A stretch of 64,000 nucleotides of DNA from Malacoraja senta (GCA_038087875.1 JAXLNO010000073.1:310001-374000); one strand, 5' to 3'; shown: positions 12,440 to 24,720, counted from the first letter of the stretch. The notes: a model not told the origin generated them from the sequence alone. Translations and numbers: made by a program.

Positions 12440-13420
12440 GGGCCGGTTTCAATAAGTGGTTTATTATAAAACCGGTTAAAAGTCAGTTCATTTGACAATC
12501 CTGCGGCCGCGAGGATATGGTCTAGAGGGACGTCCATTGACTTCGCTTCTGACGTTGATGCCGCCCTGGTGGAGTGAGATTTAAAAGTGTCAGTATTAAC
12601 TCCTGCAAAAACCAATACTTGTTTCAGCCATCTTGAGATAATAATAATAGTAATAGATTTTATTTATATGGCGCTTTTCAGGACTCAAAGACGGACACTT
12701 TCCCATGTGGCTTTTTGTGGCTAACAAACAATTGTACTTCCGATCCTCTGAGGCCCTTGGTGACCTCAATATAAGACCACAAGTGCGCCACCACACACAG
12801 TCGTAAATCCGTGGGATAGGGTGACAGTAGAAGCTTGACTCCTGACAATCCTGGTCTGCTCTGTTTCATGAGATCATATATGTAGAACAGAACGTCATTC
12901 CCAGATGACACAACACTGTCCAGTCTCAATTTCTGCAGAGTCTGAACCCTCTGCGCTGGCACTAACGCCATGAGCATAATCAACTTCAAGGTAATCTTTA
13001 CCAAAGACAAGGATGTGGCTGGACCCCACTGTCGAAGCAGCGTGAGTACCACAGTGACATCCCAGATGTCTCTATATCTAGGCCTGGGGGGGATTGGAAT
13101 TAAGAACACCCTTCATAAATCGGGATATTAACGGATGAGATCCTACAGACTGTAGTTCTGACCCCAAACATAAATACGATAACAGAGCACCTAGCACTAT
13201 TGATGGCACTATAAGTTAAACCCCATCAAAATACAATTTGGACAGAAACTCTAACACATCTGGGAGGGAAACTGTGTGGTACGTAATGTTCCCTTTTAAG
13301 CAAAACGCCTCCCACTTCCTGACATGAGAGAGGTACTGCTTTTTTGTACTATCCCTCCAGGATGATGTAATGATATCCACGGTCCGATTGGATAGTCCCA
13401 GACCAGGTATGGCCTCCTTA
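12440..13420 (-). pseudogene. DIRS tyrosine recombinase, fragmented
   Basis: PRY..IWDV..VL, LMALV.AQRVQTL, KQSRPG, HSTRAAS and F.RFYNKP, carrying the catalytic R, HxxR and Y residues. Confidence 0.9.
12638..12692 (-). mobile_element. ~50-bp LINE/SINE 3' tail (L2-like) inserted in the DIRS recombinase gene
   Basis: Minus strand GTCTTTGAGTCCTGAAAAGCGCCATATAAATAAAATC(TAT)n interrupts KPHGKVS...ISRWLK. Confidence 0.6.
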
Positions 13421-15345
13421 AAACATGCAAATTAACAAATTAATACGATCATACAACGGGTGTTGTTCTCCAGTCACAGGGTTTACGAATAGGTTATGAC
13501 ATTTTGGAACCACCATAATTGGCTGAGTTATAATGTCCGAAATGAGAGGGAACCATGGCTGTGTGGGCCAGTCGGGCACCACCAAAACTCCTGAAGCGGA
13601 GTCCTGCTTGATTTTAGTCAAGCACCGACTGATGAGGCAGAACTGGGGGAAATGCATATATAAACAGTCCTCCCCAATCTAGCGCGAAAGCGTCTACCGC
13701 TACTGCCCCCGGGTCTGGTTCCCATGAAACATACTTCGGCACCTGGTGATTGAGTCTGGATGCAAACAAATCGATATCTGGCATCCATATCGAACAACAA
13801 TATTATTAAATACTTCATGATTCAACATCCATTCTGTGTTGTCATTGAATTTGCGTGATCTGGTATCTGCCACCACGTTGAACCTGCCCGGCAAGTAAAC
13901 AGCTGAAACCCAAATGTTTCTTTTAATGCACCAAAGCCAAATAAGGTTAGCAACATGTCATAAGATTGCGACTTGATTCCACCCATATAATTCACATACG
14001 CCACTGTCGTGGTGTTGTCAATCTGAAGCTGAACATGTAAGTGATGCTTGGTGGTACAATAAGCCTTAAGCCCACAAAATGCTCCCAGTAACTCTAAATA
14101 ATTAATTCCATGTGATTGAAGAATAAATGCCTCATGCACATTCCATCTGCCCCCACAGCTAGAGATGGTATCAGTAGCCCCCCAACCTAGGGCACTAACG
14201 TCAGTCTGTAAAACAACTGAAGATGCTTCAATCAAACTTTTGCTGGAACAATTCGAAATGTTCCTAATCCACCATTGAATTTCAGCAATTGCTTCAATTG
14301 GTAATTGCATGGGTCTGCTGTAATGGCCTGCATGATTCCTTAGTACCTGTACCTTTGCTGTAAGTGTTGGTAATGCAAAGGTCCATACTGTGCAGCTGGA
14401 AAGGCTGCTACCAATTTGCCAATCAAGCTGGCCACATGCCTAATTGAAGGTGATTGCTCTGCTATGAGCTTGATACAGCCTTCAATTAAACTAATCTCTT
14501 GCCCTTGGGTAGAGTTACAGACATGTGAGTTGAATTAACTGTGAAGCCCAGATAATCAATAACTTTAACCGGTATAATTTTTTATTTAGTTGGATGAATT
14601 AGAAACCCCAGACTCTCAAACATGAGTTTAACAGCTGAAACAGTTAACCCAGCTGCTTCCCGAGTTTTTCCAATTATTAAGATATCATCTAAATAAGCCA
14701 TTACAATATGACCCTGAACCCGGAGTAGCCCCAATGCTGGTTTCATCACTTTGGTAAATAATCTAGGGGCTGAGGTTAACCCATTAGGCAGTGCTTTAAA
14801 TTGCCACAACTGCCTCATCCAACTAAATTTCAAATACCTCCGATGGTCTTTGTGAACAGGCACTGAGTAATATGCATCCTTAAGATCTATACATGCCATA
14901 TAACCCCCTCTGGAAACCAATTGCTTGGCAGTGGCAAAAGTTTCCATCTTGAAATGCCTATACTGCACAAACGGATTATGGTCCGTCAGGTCCAAAATGA
15001 TCCGACTACCACCATCTTTCTTTGGTCTAGGAAAAATGTTAGATACGAATTGGTGAGGTTGCCAAACTGTCTTTTCAATTACACCTTTGTGATATAATTT
15101 CTCAATTTCAGCCTGAACCTCCAAATTCTCTTTTTGTGAGAAAACAAGTGCCCTCCTCGGTGAATGTTGTGTAGGTGGACACAAATTAGAAATGAATTCA
15201 ATTTTAAACCCCTGTATCGCTTGCAGTATAAACAAATCGGATGTTATTCAATACCGTTTTTTCAGAAACCAGTGTTACCTCCCCCCAGCTGGTAGGTAAC
15301 TCTCACTGAATATGTTTCTCCAAGCACCAGACCCACCTACCTCCA
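13418..15345 (-). pseudogene. DIRS pol: RT, RNase H and C-terminal N6-adenine-methyltransferase-like domain
   Basis: RT: PKKDGGSRIILDL, IDLKDAYYSVP, LPNGL.SAPR.FTK, YLDD. RNase H: TDVS..GWGA, INYLEL, IDNTT.VAYVN. MT-like: FPQF.LI.R.L.KI...GVLVVPDWPTQPWF. Confidence 0.9.
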
Positions 15346-15364
15346 TTGTTACCAGTGGAGCTCT

Positions 15365-16628
15365 TTGTCCCCTGGCTCTGGTGGGAAACGGCATAGTTGT
15401 TCATGCTCCTGCAGGAGTGCGCCAGTTGCGCACATTGAATGGCCGACTTGGTCCTTGCCCGGCCCCGGTTTCGGCAAGCCGCTTGTAGGAGTGCTGCCTC
15501 CGCAGGGTTCTGCCGATCATTGGCACTTTAATGAGCCCCACGGTCTTTGCCTCGTCGTCCAATTCCTTCACCCGCTTCGTGAGGTCTTCTCCAAATCAAA
15601 GATTTGGTGGCTGGACGTTGCTGGGCTTACAGAGGTGCAGCGAATTTCGGATTAATCGTAGGGCGGATGGCGCTCTTTCTAAGGCAGTTTATCTCAAAGT
15701 GCACATTGCACATGAGAGCCAGGGCATCCTGCTGAATGTCAGACAGGTGCCCCCCATCCACCGACCTCCCGAACGCCGTAATGCCGGAAGCCAGTAGCTT
15801 CAGTTCCCTCTGCAGCTTCATCTCCTGTGCCCTGATGCCTACTCCCATGTGGCCCCAGATGGCATAATTTACTGCCGGCACCTTCCGCAGAATACAATTA
15901 GACGGTGTATCATATTTCCGAGCTATTGCATCCATAGTGAGCTCCTGGAGCTGGTGTGAGGCTAGATAATTTATTGTGGCAGCCAAATCCTCAACCAGCG
16001 GCTCTCTCAAATCTGTAGGGGCGTCAAATCTCGCTGCCAGGAATGCGACCTCCGGCTCGTGACCGTCGTCCCTTGGGGCAGCCTCGAATGCTAACCCCTC
16101 AGAGTCGGCGTCAGATTAATCCTGACCCGGTACGCTCAACTCCTCCTCGAGGGAGACATTAGGCAGTCCTGTAATAGGCGCTGCTGGCGCTGGCTCTTGG
16201 AGAGACCTGCGGTCTTGATGGAGCATCCTCTCCAACAGGTGCTCCACCGTGGATAACCGCCTATACACGGTATCCCATCTTGGAGGAGAACCCTTCCGAC
16301 CGGACTCGTCCGAGTCTATCGGCCGTGCAGACGTGCTGGTGGCTTTACTCCCCACTTGCGTAGCCCTGGCGTCCTCAGACCCCAAGCCTGCAGTCGCTGG
16401 TTTAACAACTGGCGACTCTGTAGATGAGCTAGGCGGCCGCCCTCTACCCGCACTCCCGCGGTCCTTGGTAATTTTAGAAACGACTCGCCTTGCTCGCAAC
16501 GACTTCTCCATGCTTGGCGATTTAACAAGCGCAGAAGAACCCGACCTCACACTAAGTTTAACACTTACCTGCGGCTTTTTATAATACCTCTGGAGGAGCT
16601 CTGCCCTCCGAGCTGGTATCTGCGCCAT
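15365..16628 (-). pseudogene. DIRS gag-like ORF1, fragmented
   Basis: ORFs 16116-16628 and 15627-16010 (P.N...L.VPAVN.AIW...LQ...) at the ORF1 position of the element. Confidence 0.65.
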
Positions 16629-17441
16629 GCGTCAGACGTAATGACGCGCATGCCGACTGACGGGGTTCTTCACGGAATCACTCACGTGACTCCGAAGTAA
16701 AACATACATTCGTAATAACAACTGGATTGGATTACAATTTAATGGCTAGAGATTTGCTATGTGCATTTCAATTGAAAATTGAATGCAGCGATGGTGGAAT
16801 AATAGGCTCCTGAAAGACAATGCTACTCGTCAGTAACACACCAATGGTGGTCACTCCAGTTAGAAGACGAGCCCCCGCTTCATATCACATTGGCCTATGA
16901 TAGAAGTGACAAAAATAATGAATTGGAAACTTTTTCAGGCCCCAAGAAGGAACAAATCGGGACGTGAATATTTTAGCACTTGGGAACAGGACAAGAAGGA
17001 ACTGCAGAGTACGTTGAAATATCCCTAGAGTTATGGGAACGAGCTTTAGAGGTTGCTGTATAAATAAAAAGCAAGGTGAATTTTCCAGCAATGCGAAGGA
17101 TTTGGGAGCGATGGTTACAAAGCAATTGATCTGGCAGTTCCGAATATATATCAAGAACAGACCTTGCCTCACAAATGTACTGTTGAGTTTTCTCAGACCC
17201 TGAGGACAGTTGTTACCCAGCTACGCCAGCACCTGGGGAGTGTGGTATGCGAGTATGTGGACCCGCAAGTGTGGGCAGGAGACGCTGCTCAGGTAAGATA
17301 CGTTCCTATTGATCCCATCTAGGTTAGCGCTCCAGAAAGGGGTAACATTGCCTTCGATACAGCAGTATCCATTGAAATAACAGGCAATTCCGAGATTAGA
17401 CCAGCTGATGATCAGGGATTGCTGGAACAAGACAGTGTTCT

Positions 17442-18293
17442 TTCGGTGGGCGGCGCGACTCTCGTCAGCAGCGGCCTCTGCAGTCCGTCTGTCTTTTTTA
17501 TTATTCGTGTTCGTTTTTATGTAGTTTTTATTATTTTTTTTGTCGGGGTATGTGTGTGTGGGGGTGGGTGGGGGGGGACTTTAAAATCTTTCCCCTGCAC
17601 GGGAGACCCGACCTTTTCTTTGTCGGGTCTCCGTTGTCGTTGGGGCTGGGCAACGTGGAGCGGCCTCCAGCAGGAACAACCTGGGGCTCCAGTTGCGGAG
17701 CTGCGGACTACTCACCGTCACGGGGCTGGCCGAGTCCGGAGCGGGTGGAGCTGTGGTGGAAACAATCGCTGCTGCTACCCGACCCCCGGAGATTCGGAGG
17801 CTACAAACCGCGGGTCTGGCGGACGGCAACACTGGAAGCCCGCGGGTCCCTGGTGGGAGACCGCTTTTCGGGACTTCCGCAGCGGCGACTTCTCCCGCCC
17901 GAGTTTGCGGAGGTTGAAGAGCACCTGGAGCGGGGCTTTGCATCACCGCCCCGCACGGCTTGGAATGGCCGCGGGAGTTTGCGAGCGCGCGCCGGGGCTC
18001 TAACACCAAGACCCGGTGCGCGACCTTGCATCGACCGGCGTGGCTTTAATGGCCGCGCGATAATCACCATCGCCGGCCGGGGGCTTTGACTTTGACTCTG
18101 ACATCGGGGGGGGGGGGGGAGTGCAGTGGAGAGATACGTTGTTTTGCCTTCCATCACAGCGCTGTGATGGATGGATGTGTAAATTGTATTGTGTCTCGGG
18201 TCTTCTTCGTTTTGTATTGTATGGCTGCAGAAACGACATTTCGTTTGGACCTTAACGGATCCAAATGACAAATAAATTGTATTGTATTGTATT
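17442..18293 (+). mobile_element. GC/CpG-rich non-autonomous retroposon inserted in the ERV RT
   Basis: Ends TGACAAATAAAT(TGTAT)n and is flanked by a TGTTCTT duplication. It splits RT between LLEQ and LVECQS. No coding motifs. Confidence 0.75.
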
Positions 18294-20732
18294 GTTCTTA
18301 GTAGAGTGCCAGTCCATTTGTAACACACCAATCCTTGCAGTGCCCCAGTTATGGGGAAAGGGCCAGTACAGACTGGTTCCAGACTTAAGATCTATCAACG
18401 CAATAGTGGAACCGCTCCATGTCTTGGTGCCGAACCCGGTTCATATTTTAGCCTTGAATCCAACGGAAGCGATTTTTATTTCAATTGAAGACCTGCAGCA
18501 TGCCTTCTACTCATTACCTCTGCTCCGAAACAGACAGTAATTATTTGCCTTTACTTCAGGAGACAACGATATACGTGGACAAGACTACCTCATGGATATA
18601 TTAATTCGCCTGCTTTGTTTTCTCGATGTCTGCAAGGACAGTTAAGCACCTTAAGCTTTAAAATTAAATCCACACTGGTTCTATATGTGGAGGACTTGTT
18701 AGTGGCTAGTTTAGATCAGCAGAGCAACTATGAGGATACTACTCAATTATTGAACCACTTGGCAACGTTATGCTATGTGGTCTTTCTGTCCAAAGTATTA
18801 ATGACTCGACAAAAAGTAAAATTCCTGGCAGTGATAATTTCAGACACGGAAAGAAGTCTAGAGAATAGTAGAACTGAACCAATTTGTGAATTTCCTGTAC
18901 CAAAAGAATCAAAGCAGACGAGACAGTGCCTCGGCATTGTGAACTTCTGCCGGCAATGGATCCCTAATATTGCACTAGACACCAAGGACCTGACTCCTTA
19001 TTCTAGCCTAGAGGGCGAATTTCAGTTTTACGAAGAAGGTCAGAAAGCTTTCGAGAATTTAATGAGATACTTAATGCAGGCTCCAGCACTAGGAAGACCA
19101 CTCTATGATTTTTCGAACTTTCCAACAGACCCTTCCAACTTTTCTGTACCATCCTTTCCGAATGTTCAACTGCAGTCCTCACCCAAAAACATGGGTATAA
19201 GGACAGACCAGTGGCTTAATATTCTTCGAAGCTTTACCCAGAAGCGAGAGAACACACAATATGCACACAGATATTAACAGCAATCTATAATAGTTTACAG
19301 TCTGCTGTAAATCTGACCTTACAGCAAGAGATAGTAGTATTCAGTTCCTCTTCAGTGGCCCGCCTTGTTAGGACAACTACAAACTCAGCATCTGACAATG
19401 GCCCGTCAAAACAAATATGAAATCTATCTACTGAATAAACCAAAACTCCAGTTCAGATACTGTACAACTATTAATCCGGCATCTTTCCTAATTTCACCAC
19501 CGGAGGAACAGTCAGAATCAGGACATGACTGTTTATTTGTAGTCCAGGAAGAGACATCAGTGAGGGAAGATCTAAAGGACGCTCCTATAGCAGACCCTGA
19601 TCTGACATTATACGTAGACGGAGGTGCATCTAATGGGCCCCAGGGAGAGGAGCTTTATGGATACGCTATTGTAGTCCAGGATGGGAACAGTGTAGAAGCA
19701 GCTGCCTTCGAGTCACTCTTTTCAGCCCAACAGGCTGAGTTGATCGCTTTAATCAGAGCATGTATTATCGGAAGAGATCTTAAAGTAAACATATACACAG
19801 ATTCTGACTATGCATTTGGAGTAGTACACGATATTGGATAACAATGGAGGAATCGAGTATTCCTGACCACGGCAGGAACTCAAATATCTCACAAGTAATT
19901 GGTAACTGATTTCTTACAGGCTCTGCTGCTGCCCAAGCAAATTTCGGTAATGAAATGTAGTGCTCACACAAAGGGCCAGCCCCGATAGACATGGGGAATC
20001 ATTGTGCTGACCAAGCAGCAAAGGAGGTATCCCGGGAACGCATGGAGGTAATGCTAAAGATGATGAGGCAGATACAAAGTTCATGTAGCAAGTCTCCCTC
20101 GGAAAGGCCAATGCCAACCACCCTGGAAATTATTCAATTGCAGGAGGAAGCTGCTGAAGGGGTTATAAGATTATGGAAACAGCTTGGATGTACAATAGAT
20201 TGCATGTCAAGATTGTGGGTTACTCCGGCAGGACAGACTTGTTGTACAGTATCTGAACTTGAGTCCTCTTGCAGTTTGGGTTGTGGAGTGTATGCATTTT
20301 GCGACTCACTGTGGTGCGAGAGCAATTGGTGATGCTCTTCCGGCTACTTGGTGGCATCCAGGATTGCAGACTTTGACCCAGAAAATGAGTAGCAGCCGTA
20401 TTACTTGTCGGAAATATAATCTTGGGAAAGGAGTGTGTTGTGAGGATGGAAGAACACCTTTACCCAAACTCTTCAAACGGTTTACATCGAGCTGGAGAAG
20501 TGCCAACGATATAGGTATGTACTTGTGATTGTTGATGTATTTAGCAATTGGATTGAGGCCTACCCAACACTTGATAACAAAGCGGCTACTGTTGTCAAGG
20601 TGCTTTTGCGAGACATTATCCCCAGATTCGGTATTCGAATTCGGCTTAGCTCTGACAATGGTCCTCATTTCATTGGGCAAATTAACAAAGAATTCTGTGA
20701 ACAGCTGGGCATCCAGCAACAACTGCACTGTG

Positions 20733-21773
20733 TAGCAATGTTACAAAATTTTGAGATTTAAAAAATAAAGTCTGCAATTTATCCCATCAGATAAAGCATA
20801 AAAAGAAGTTTAATTTGACACTTAATTCACTTTCATATCTTCAGTGTTAAAAAAGTTATGGCCATTATCATACTCAGAAATTAGCATCTTGTTCCCTATT
20901 GCTTTTCCATTGACTTAACACAAAAGCTGTGATCGAGGACAGTTAAAAGCCAATAACTTTCTTAAAAATTATGGTAACTGAAAGAAATTTTCAGGTATTA
21001 TAGATTGAAGCATTCTGAAACAAATATGAAACAATCTTACTTCGAAGACATGAAAGTAAAGCATATAATTAGTTAGTTACCTAATTGTAGCTAATTACAA
21101 AATTCAATTACTAGATCTAAACATCTATCAATTTCTTAAGAATAGATTAACATTTTTAAATAGCCTAAGTGTCCAAATAACATTCACACAATAATTCACA
21201 GTATAACATAATTTTTAAATCTAATTTTCATGAATTTACAGGCCAAATGGAAGGAATTGAATGTTTAATACCTGTAAATTAATGGGCATTTAATTCATTT
21301 TGCGAGTGAGAATTTCTGGAACGCGATCTTTTGGAACGTTGATTTGCGGTGAATTTAACCCCGTATTGGCATGAAAAATACTGCCGTTAATTCGGGGAAT
21401 AAAATCACCGTGTCGCATGACAAAATGTGAATTAAAGGCTTCTTAAGAAGCACTTTTATACATTTAAAGAAAGCACTTTCGTTTACCTGTCCATTGTGTG
21501 AAATCCGTCCCCGTTATTGGCGTTGACGCTTCAGGAGCTGCTTTTAAAATGACTGTAGCGCTGACATTGACGGTTTAATTTTTAAAAAAAATTCCCAAAA
21601 AGCCGGTAGGAACGATTTTGTCAGCGAAGTTTTGTACTCCAACAAAATATTTCCAGGACAGGGGAAGGATAAACTGCGTTTTAACCCCGCCCCCCCTTAA
21701 AGGCGCCAAAATCGCGCACACGGCCAGTGGCAGAATTACAGCGCGACTGAAGGTAAGTTTTGTAACATACCTA
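20733..21773. mobile_element. MITE / non-autonomous DNA transposon, copy 1, in the ERV integrase
   Basis: Termini TAGCAATGTTACAAAA and TTTTGTAACATACCTA, with 7-bp TSD CACTGTG (20726-20732 and 21774-21780). Removing it restores QLHCAYRPQAAG. Confidence 0.92.
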
Positions 21774-22809
21774 CACTGTGCTTATCGACCACAGGCTGCT
21801 GGACTTGTCGAGAGAGCGAATCAGACCCTGAAAACCAAATTGGTTAAATTAAAGGCCGACAGGAATTAATTTGATTAAATTGCGCCCTGTAGTTTTAGTT
21901 CAGTCATGTGTCACGCGTGCAGGGAAATCGAGAGTAAGCCCAACTGAAATTGTATATGGGCGCCCCTTTAGAACTCCGTGGAATCAAAATACTCCAAAGG
22001 TTGTCAATTTCCATCCCATGACTACAGAGATGATCAATTATGTTTTGACCTTGACTCGGGCATTAAGAGATTTGCATTCGAGGGTTCGAGCAGCAGACAG
22101 TGAATTACCCCCCTTGGTTTCTTCCATTAAGGTCAAGCCTGGTGATTTTGTGATGGTGAAGGAAAGGTTCGGAGGCTCGGAGGAAGGGATCTTATCAGGT
22201 TCTCCTGACGACCCCGACTGCTGTTAAAGTAGAATGAAGGAATGCGTGGGTCCATCTTCACCATTCCAAAGGTATTTGTGGGAGAATTTGAGCTGCTAAC
22301 TGATTTTCTTCAAGGAATTTCTTAGTATAGGAACATCACAAACATCGAGCTGACGTGGTGGATCACGAGAATCCATGACCAGGTAAACTCGGGAGGTGGA
22401 GACTCATCAGTCAGGAATCTTCGAAGCTGTGCCCATGAAAACTCGGGAAGTTACTTGGAGTTCTGATGCAACCACATCACTATCATTGTCGAATTGTATA
22501 AGGGGAACAGTTGTCATCTTACCTTGTTAGTTATCATATATGATTAAAAAAAAAGGGGGGGTTGGTTAATATCAGAAATTGTGAGTACTTGGGAAAATGG
22601 AGGATGTCTGTTTAAAAGATCTGTAACACCTGTTTGACATGTTTTGCAGAAAGCTGCAGAGCCATGTTGGCTCCGGAGAGTTTGAAGCCTGGGGAGGGGT
22701 TGCAGGGAGGTTTCTGTTCAGATGGCCTGCAAGTTGTTAATATATATGGGATTCTGTAAAATGAGCTATGCACTGCTGCAAAAGTATGCTTGGAATTGGT
22801 TGGGGGAAA

Positions 22810-23304
22810 TGTTATGTCTCAACTATGTTGCAGACTATGTTGCAGTACCTTACTGCCGTTACTTGTGATTGATTTAGCAGAGTGGCCTCACTAAAGATGT
22901 TTCCTTATCTGGTGATAATGTTTCTTTACTTAATGGAAGTGTTTCTCCCTAAGTGCTATGTGTTGAAACTATGTTATGTACTGTTATATGATTGGGCCAA
23001 GGAGTTGTCATTCAATATGTCTTGCAGCTGGTATCGGTGATTGGCTTGTCGGGGTTGCCTCCTCCATGTAATGTCACGCCCTTAGTTCGGAAGGGTATTA
23101 GAGGGTGTGTAATTCTTTGGGGTGGGTCGGTTGAATGTGACTTCTGTTCTGTGCGCACGAGATATTGTTGTCTTGCGTGAGCGGATCGGCAACTGTACCT
23201 GCAGTTTGTTCTTCAATAAAGTAAGGTTTTGGAGCCAGAGTTTGATTTAGTGTTTCACTAAATCGGACTGAGGAGGGGGGATAAGTCTAGATCTAGAATT
23301 CACA
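22810..23304 (+). mobile_element. ERV 3' LTR (start is 22810, or possibly ~22562)
   Basis: Homologous to 7868-8329. AATAAA at 23215-23220, ends AATTCACA. Purine tracts lie at 22802-22809 and 22546-22561. Confidence 0.85.
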
Positions 23305-24720
23305 GTGTCATGGAAGGAAGCAGAGGGTGATGGTGGAGGATTGTTCTCGAACTGGAGGTCCGTGACTAATGGTGTTCAGTGCCGGGACAATTGCTGCTTG
23401 TCATCTATAGCAATGATTTGGGTGAGACGTATATGGCACGATTAGCATGTTTGCAGATGATACAAACGTGGGTGGTACTGCAGATGGAGAGGATGGATGT
23501 CAAATACTGCAGCATTATCTTGATCGGTTGGACAGGTGGGCTGAAGAATGGTTGAGGGTATTTAATACAGAGAAATGCAAGATTTTGCATGTGGGAACTC
23601 CAACATGGCCATGACTTACAATGTGAATGGTAGGGTTCAGGGGTATGTTTTTCTAGCAGAGGGATCCAGAGTGCTGCAACATATTTCCTTGAAGGTGGCA
23701 TCAGAGGTAGATAGGGTGGACAAAAAAGATGTTGGTACTTTGGCTTTTATCAGTACGAGAATTCAGTATAGAAGTTGGGAGGCCATGTTGCAGGTATATA
23801 AGACATTGGTGAGGAGTATTGTGTTCCGTTCTCAGCACCATGTTACTGGAATGACCTTGTCAAGGTGCAAAGGGTACAGAGAAGGATACGGGGATGTTGC
23901 CAGGACTCGAGTGTTTGAGCTATTGGGAGAGGTTGAGCTGGCGAGGTCTCTATTTCATGGAGCGCAAGAAGATGAGTGGTGATTCAATTATTTTATAGGG
24001 ATACAGTGCGGAATCAGGCCCTTCGGCACACCGGGTCCGCGCCGACCAGTGATCCCCGCACTTTAACACTATCTTACACCCAAAAGTCACAGATTTGTTT
24101 TTTACAGTCACCAAGCCAATTAACCAACAAACCTGTACGTCTTTGGAATGTGTGAGGAAACCGAAGATCTCGGAGAAAACCCACGCGGTCACGGGGAGAA
24201 CATACAAACCCCATATAGACAGCACCCGTAGTCAGGATCGAACCCGGGTTTCCAGCGCTGCATTTGCTGTCAGGCAGCAACTCTGCCACTTTGGAGTTTA
24301 GAAGTATGAGGGTTGATGTGTTTGGAACATATAAGGTCCTTAAGAGCCCGGACAGGGAAAATGTTGACCAAAAATAATACCTTTGAAGAAATTTGATTGG
24401 TCAAGCAAACAATCTTGGGGGTGGGGGGTGTGCGGGGATTACGTGGAGGAGGGAATGGTCTCCGTTAGGGTCATGACCCTGCATTAAGTAGATGTAGAGA
24501 TGTATCCATCAATGGGAGAATCTGAATATAGGAAATTAGTTGTAGGATTATGGATAGTCATATAAAGAGGTGCGTAGGAACATCTCTTGGAGGGAGATCT
24601 CCGAAATTCTCAAAGCTGGATATTGTGTAGGGTAGATCATAAATATTTATAAATGACGTTTTTCATTGAAAGTTCCGTGCATTTAAGCCAATGGAGAACT
24701 GGTACAAAACAGGAGAGATC
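23305..24720 (+). mobile_element. Old CR1 RT/3' fragment into which the ERV integrated
   Basis: Degenerate RKQRVMVE, FADD-like and LAFIS..IQYRSWE.MLQ.YKTLVR motifs begin right after the LTR end. Confidence 0.75.
23988..24288 (-). mobile_element. HE1-type tRNA-derived SINE
   Basis: Minus strand GCAGAGTTGCTGCC...CCCGGGTTCGATCC (B box), conserved body and CR1-like tail. The same family recurs about ten times in the window. Confidence 0.85.

Larger units (their letters stand above)
11897..16702 (-). mobile_element. DIRS1-type tyrosine-recombinase retrotransposon, structurally complete but with broken ORFs
   Basis: Inverted repeats at 11975-12005 and 16643-16673. Internal complementary region 12122-12235 matches both termini. 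Gag-like, RT, RNase H, MT and YR remnants are in the expected order. AAAA flanks both junctions. Confidence 0.95.
11771..22280 (+). pseudogene. pol: ERV pro-pol (protease, 2H-like domain, RT, RNase H, integrase) split by three insertions; Class I (gamma/epsilon-like)
   Basis: Protease end NLMARDLL at 16736-16759. RT motifs QQYPL, CNTPILAV, YRLVPDLR.IN, DLQHAFYS and LYVEDLL. RNase H motifs LYVDG, SAQQAEL.AL and IYTDS.YAFG. Integrase motifs VDVFS.WIEAYP, SSDNGPHF and AYRPQAAG.VER.N.TLK. Confidence 0.92.

Noticed and set aside
13418..13830. DNA adenine methyltransferase-like domain as a novel or bacterial-derived system
   Set aside because: It is an established C-terminal domain of DIRS1 pol, found here in its normal position and broken by frameshifts.
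17419..18331. Several overlapping 140-190 aa ORFs (likewise 52498-52957 and 63215-63831)
   Set aside because: They are open in many frames on both strands because of high GC, have no recognisable motifs, and lie inside a non-autonomous repeat.
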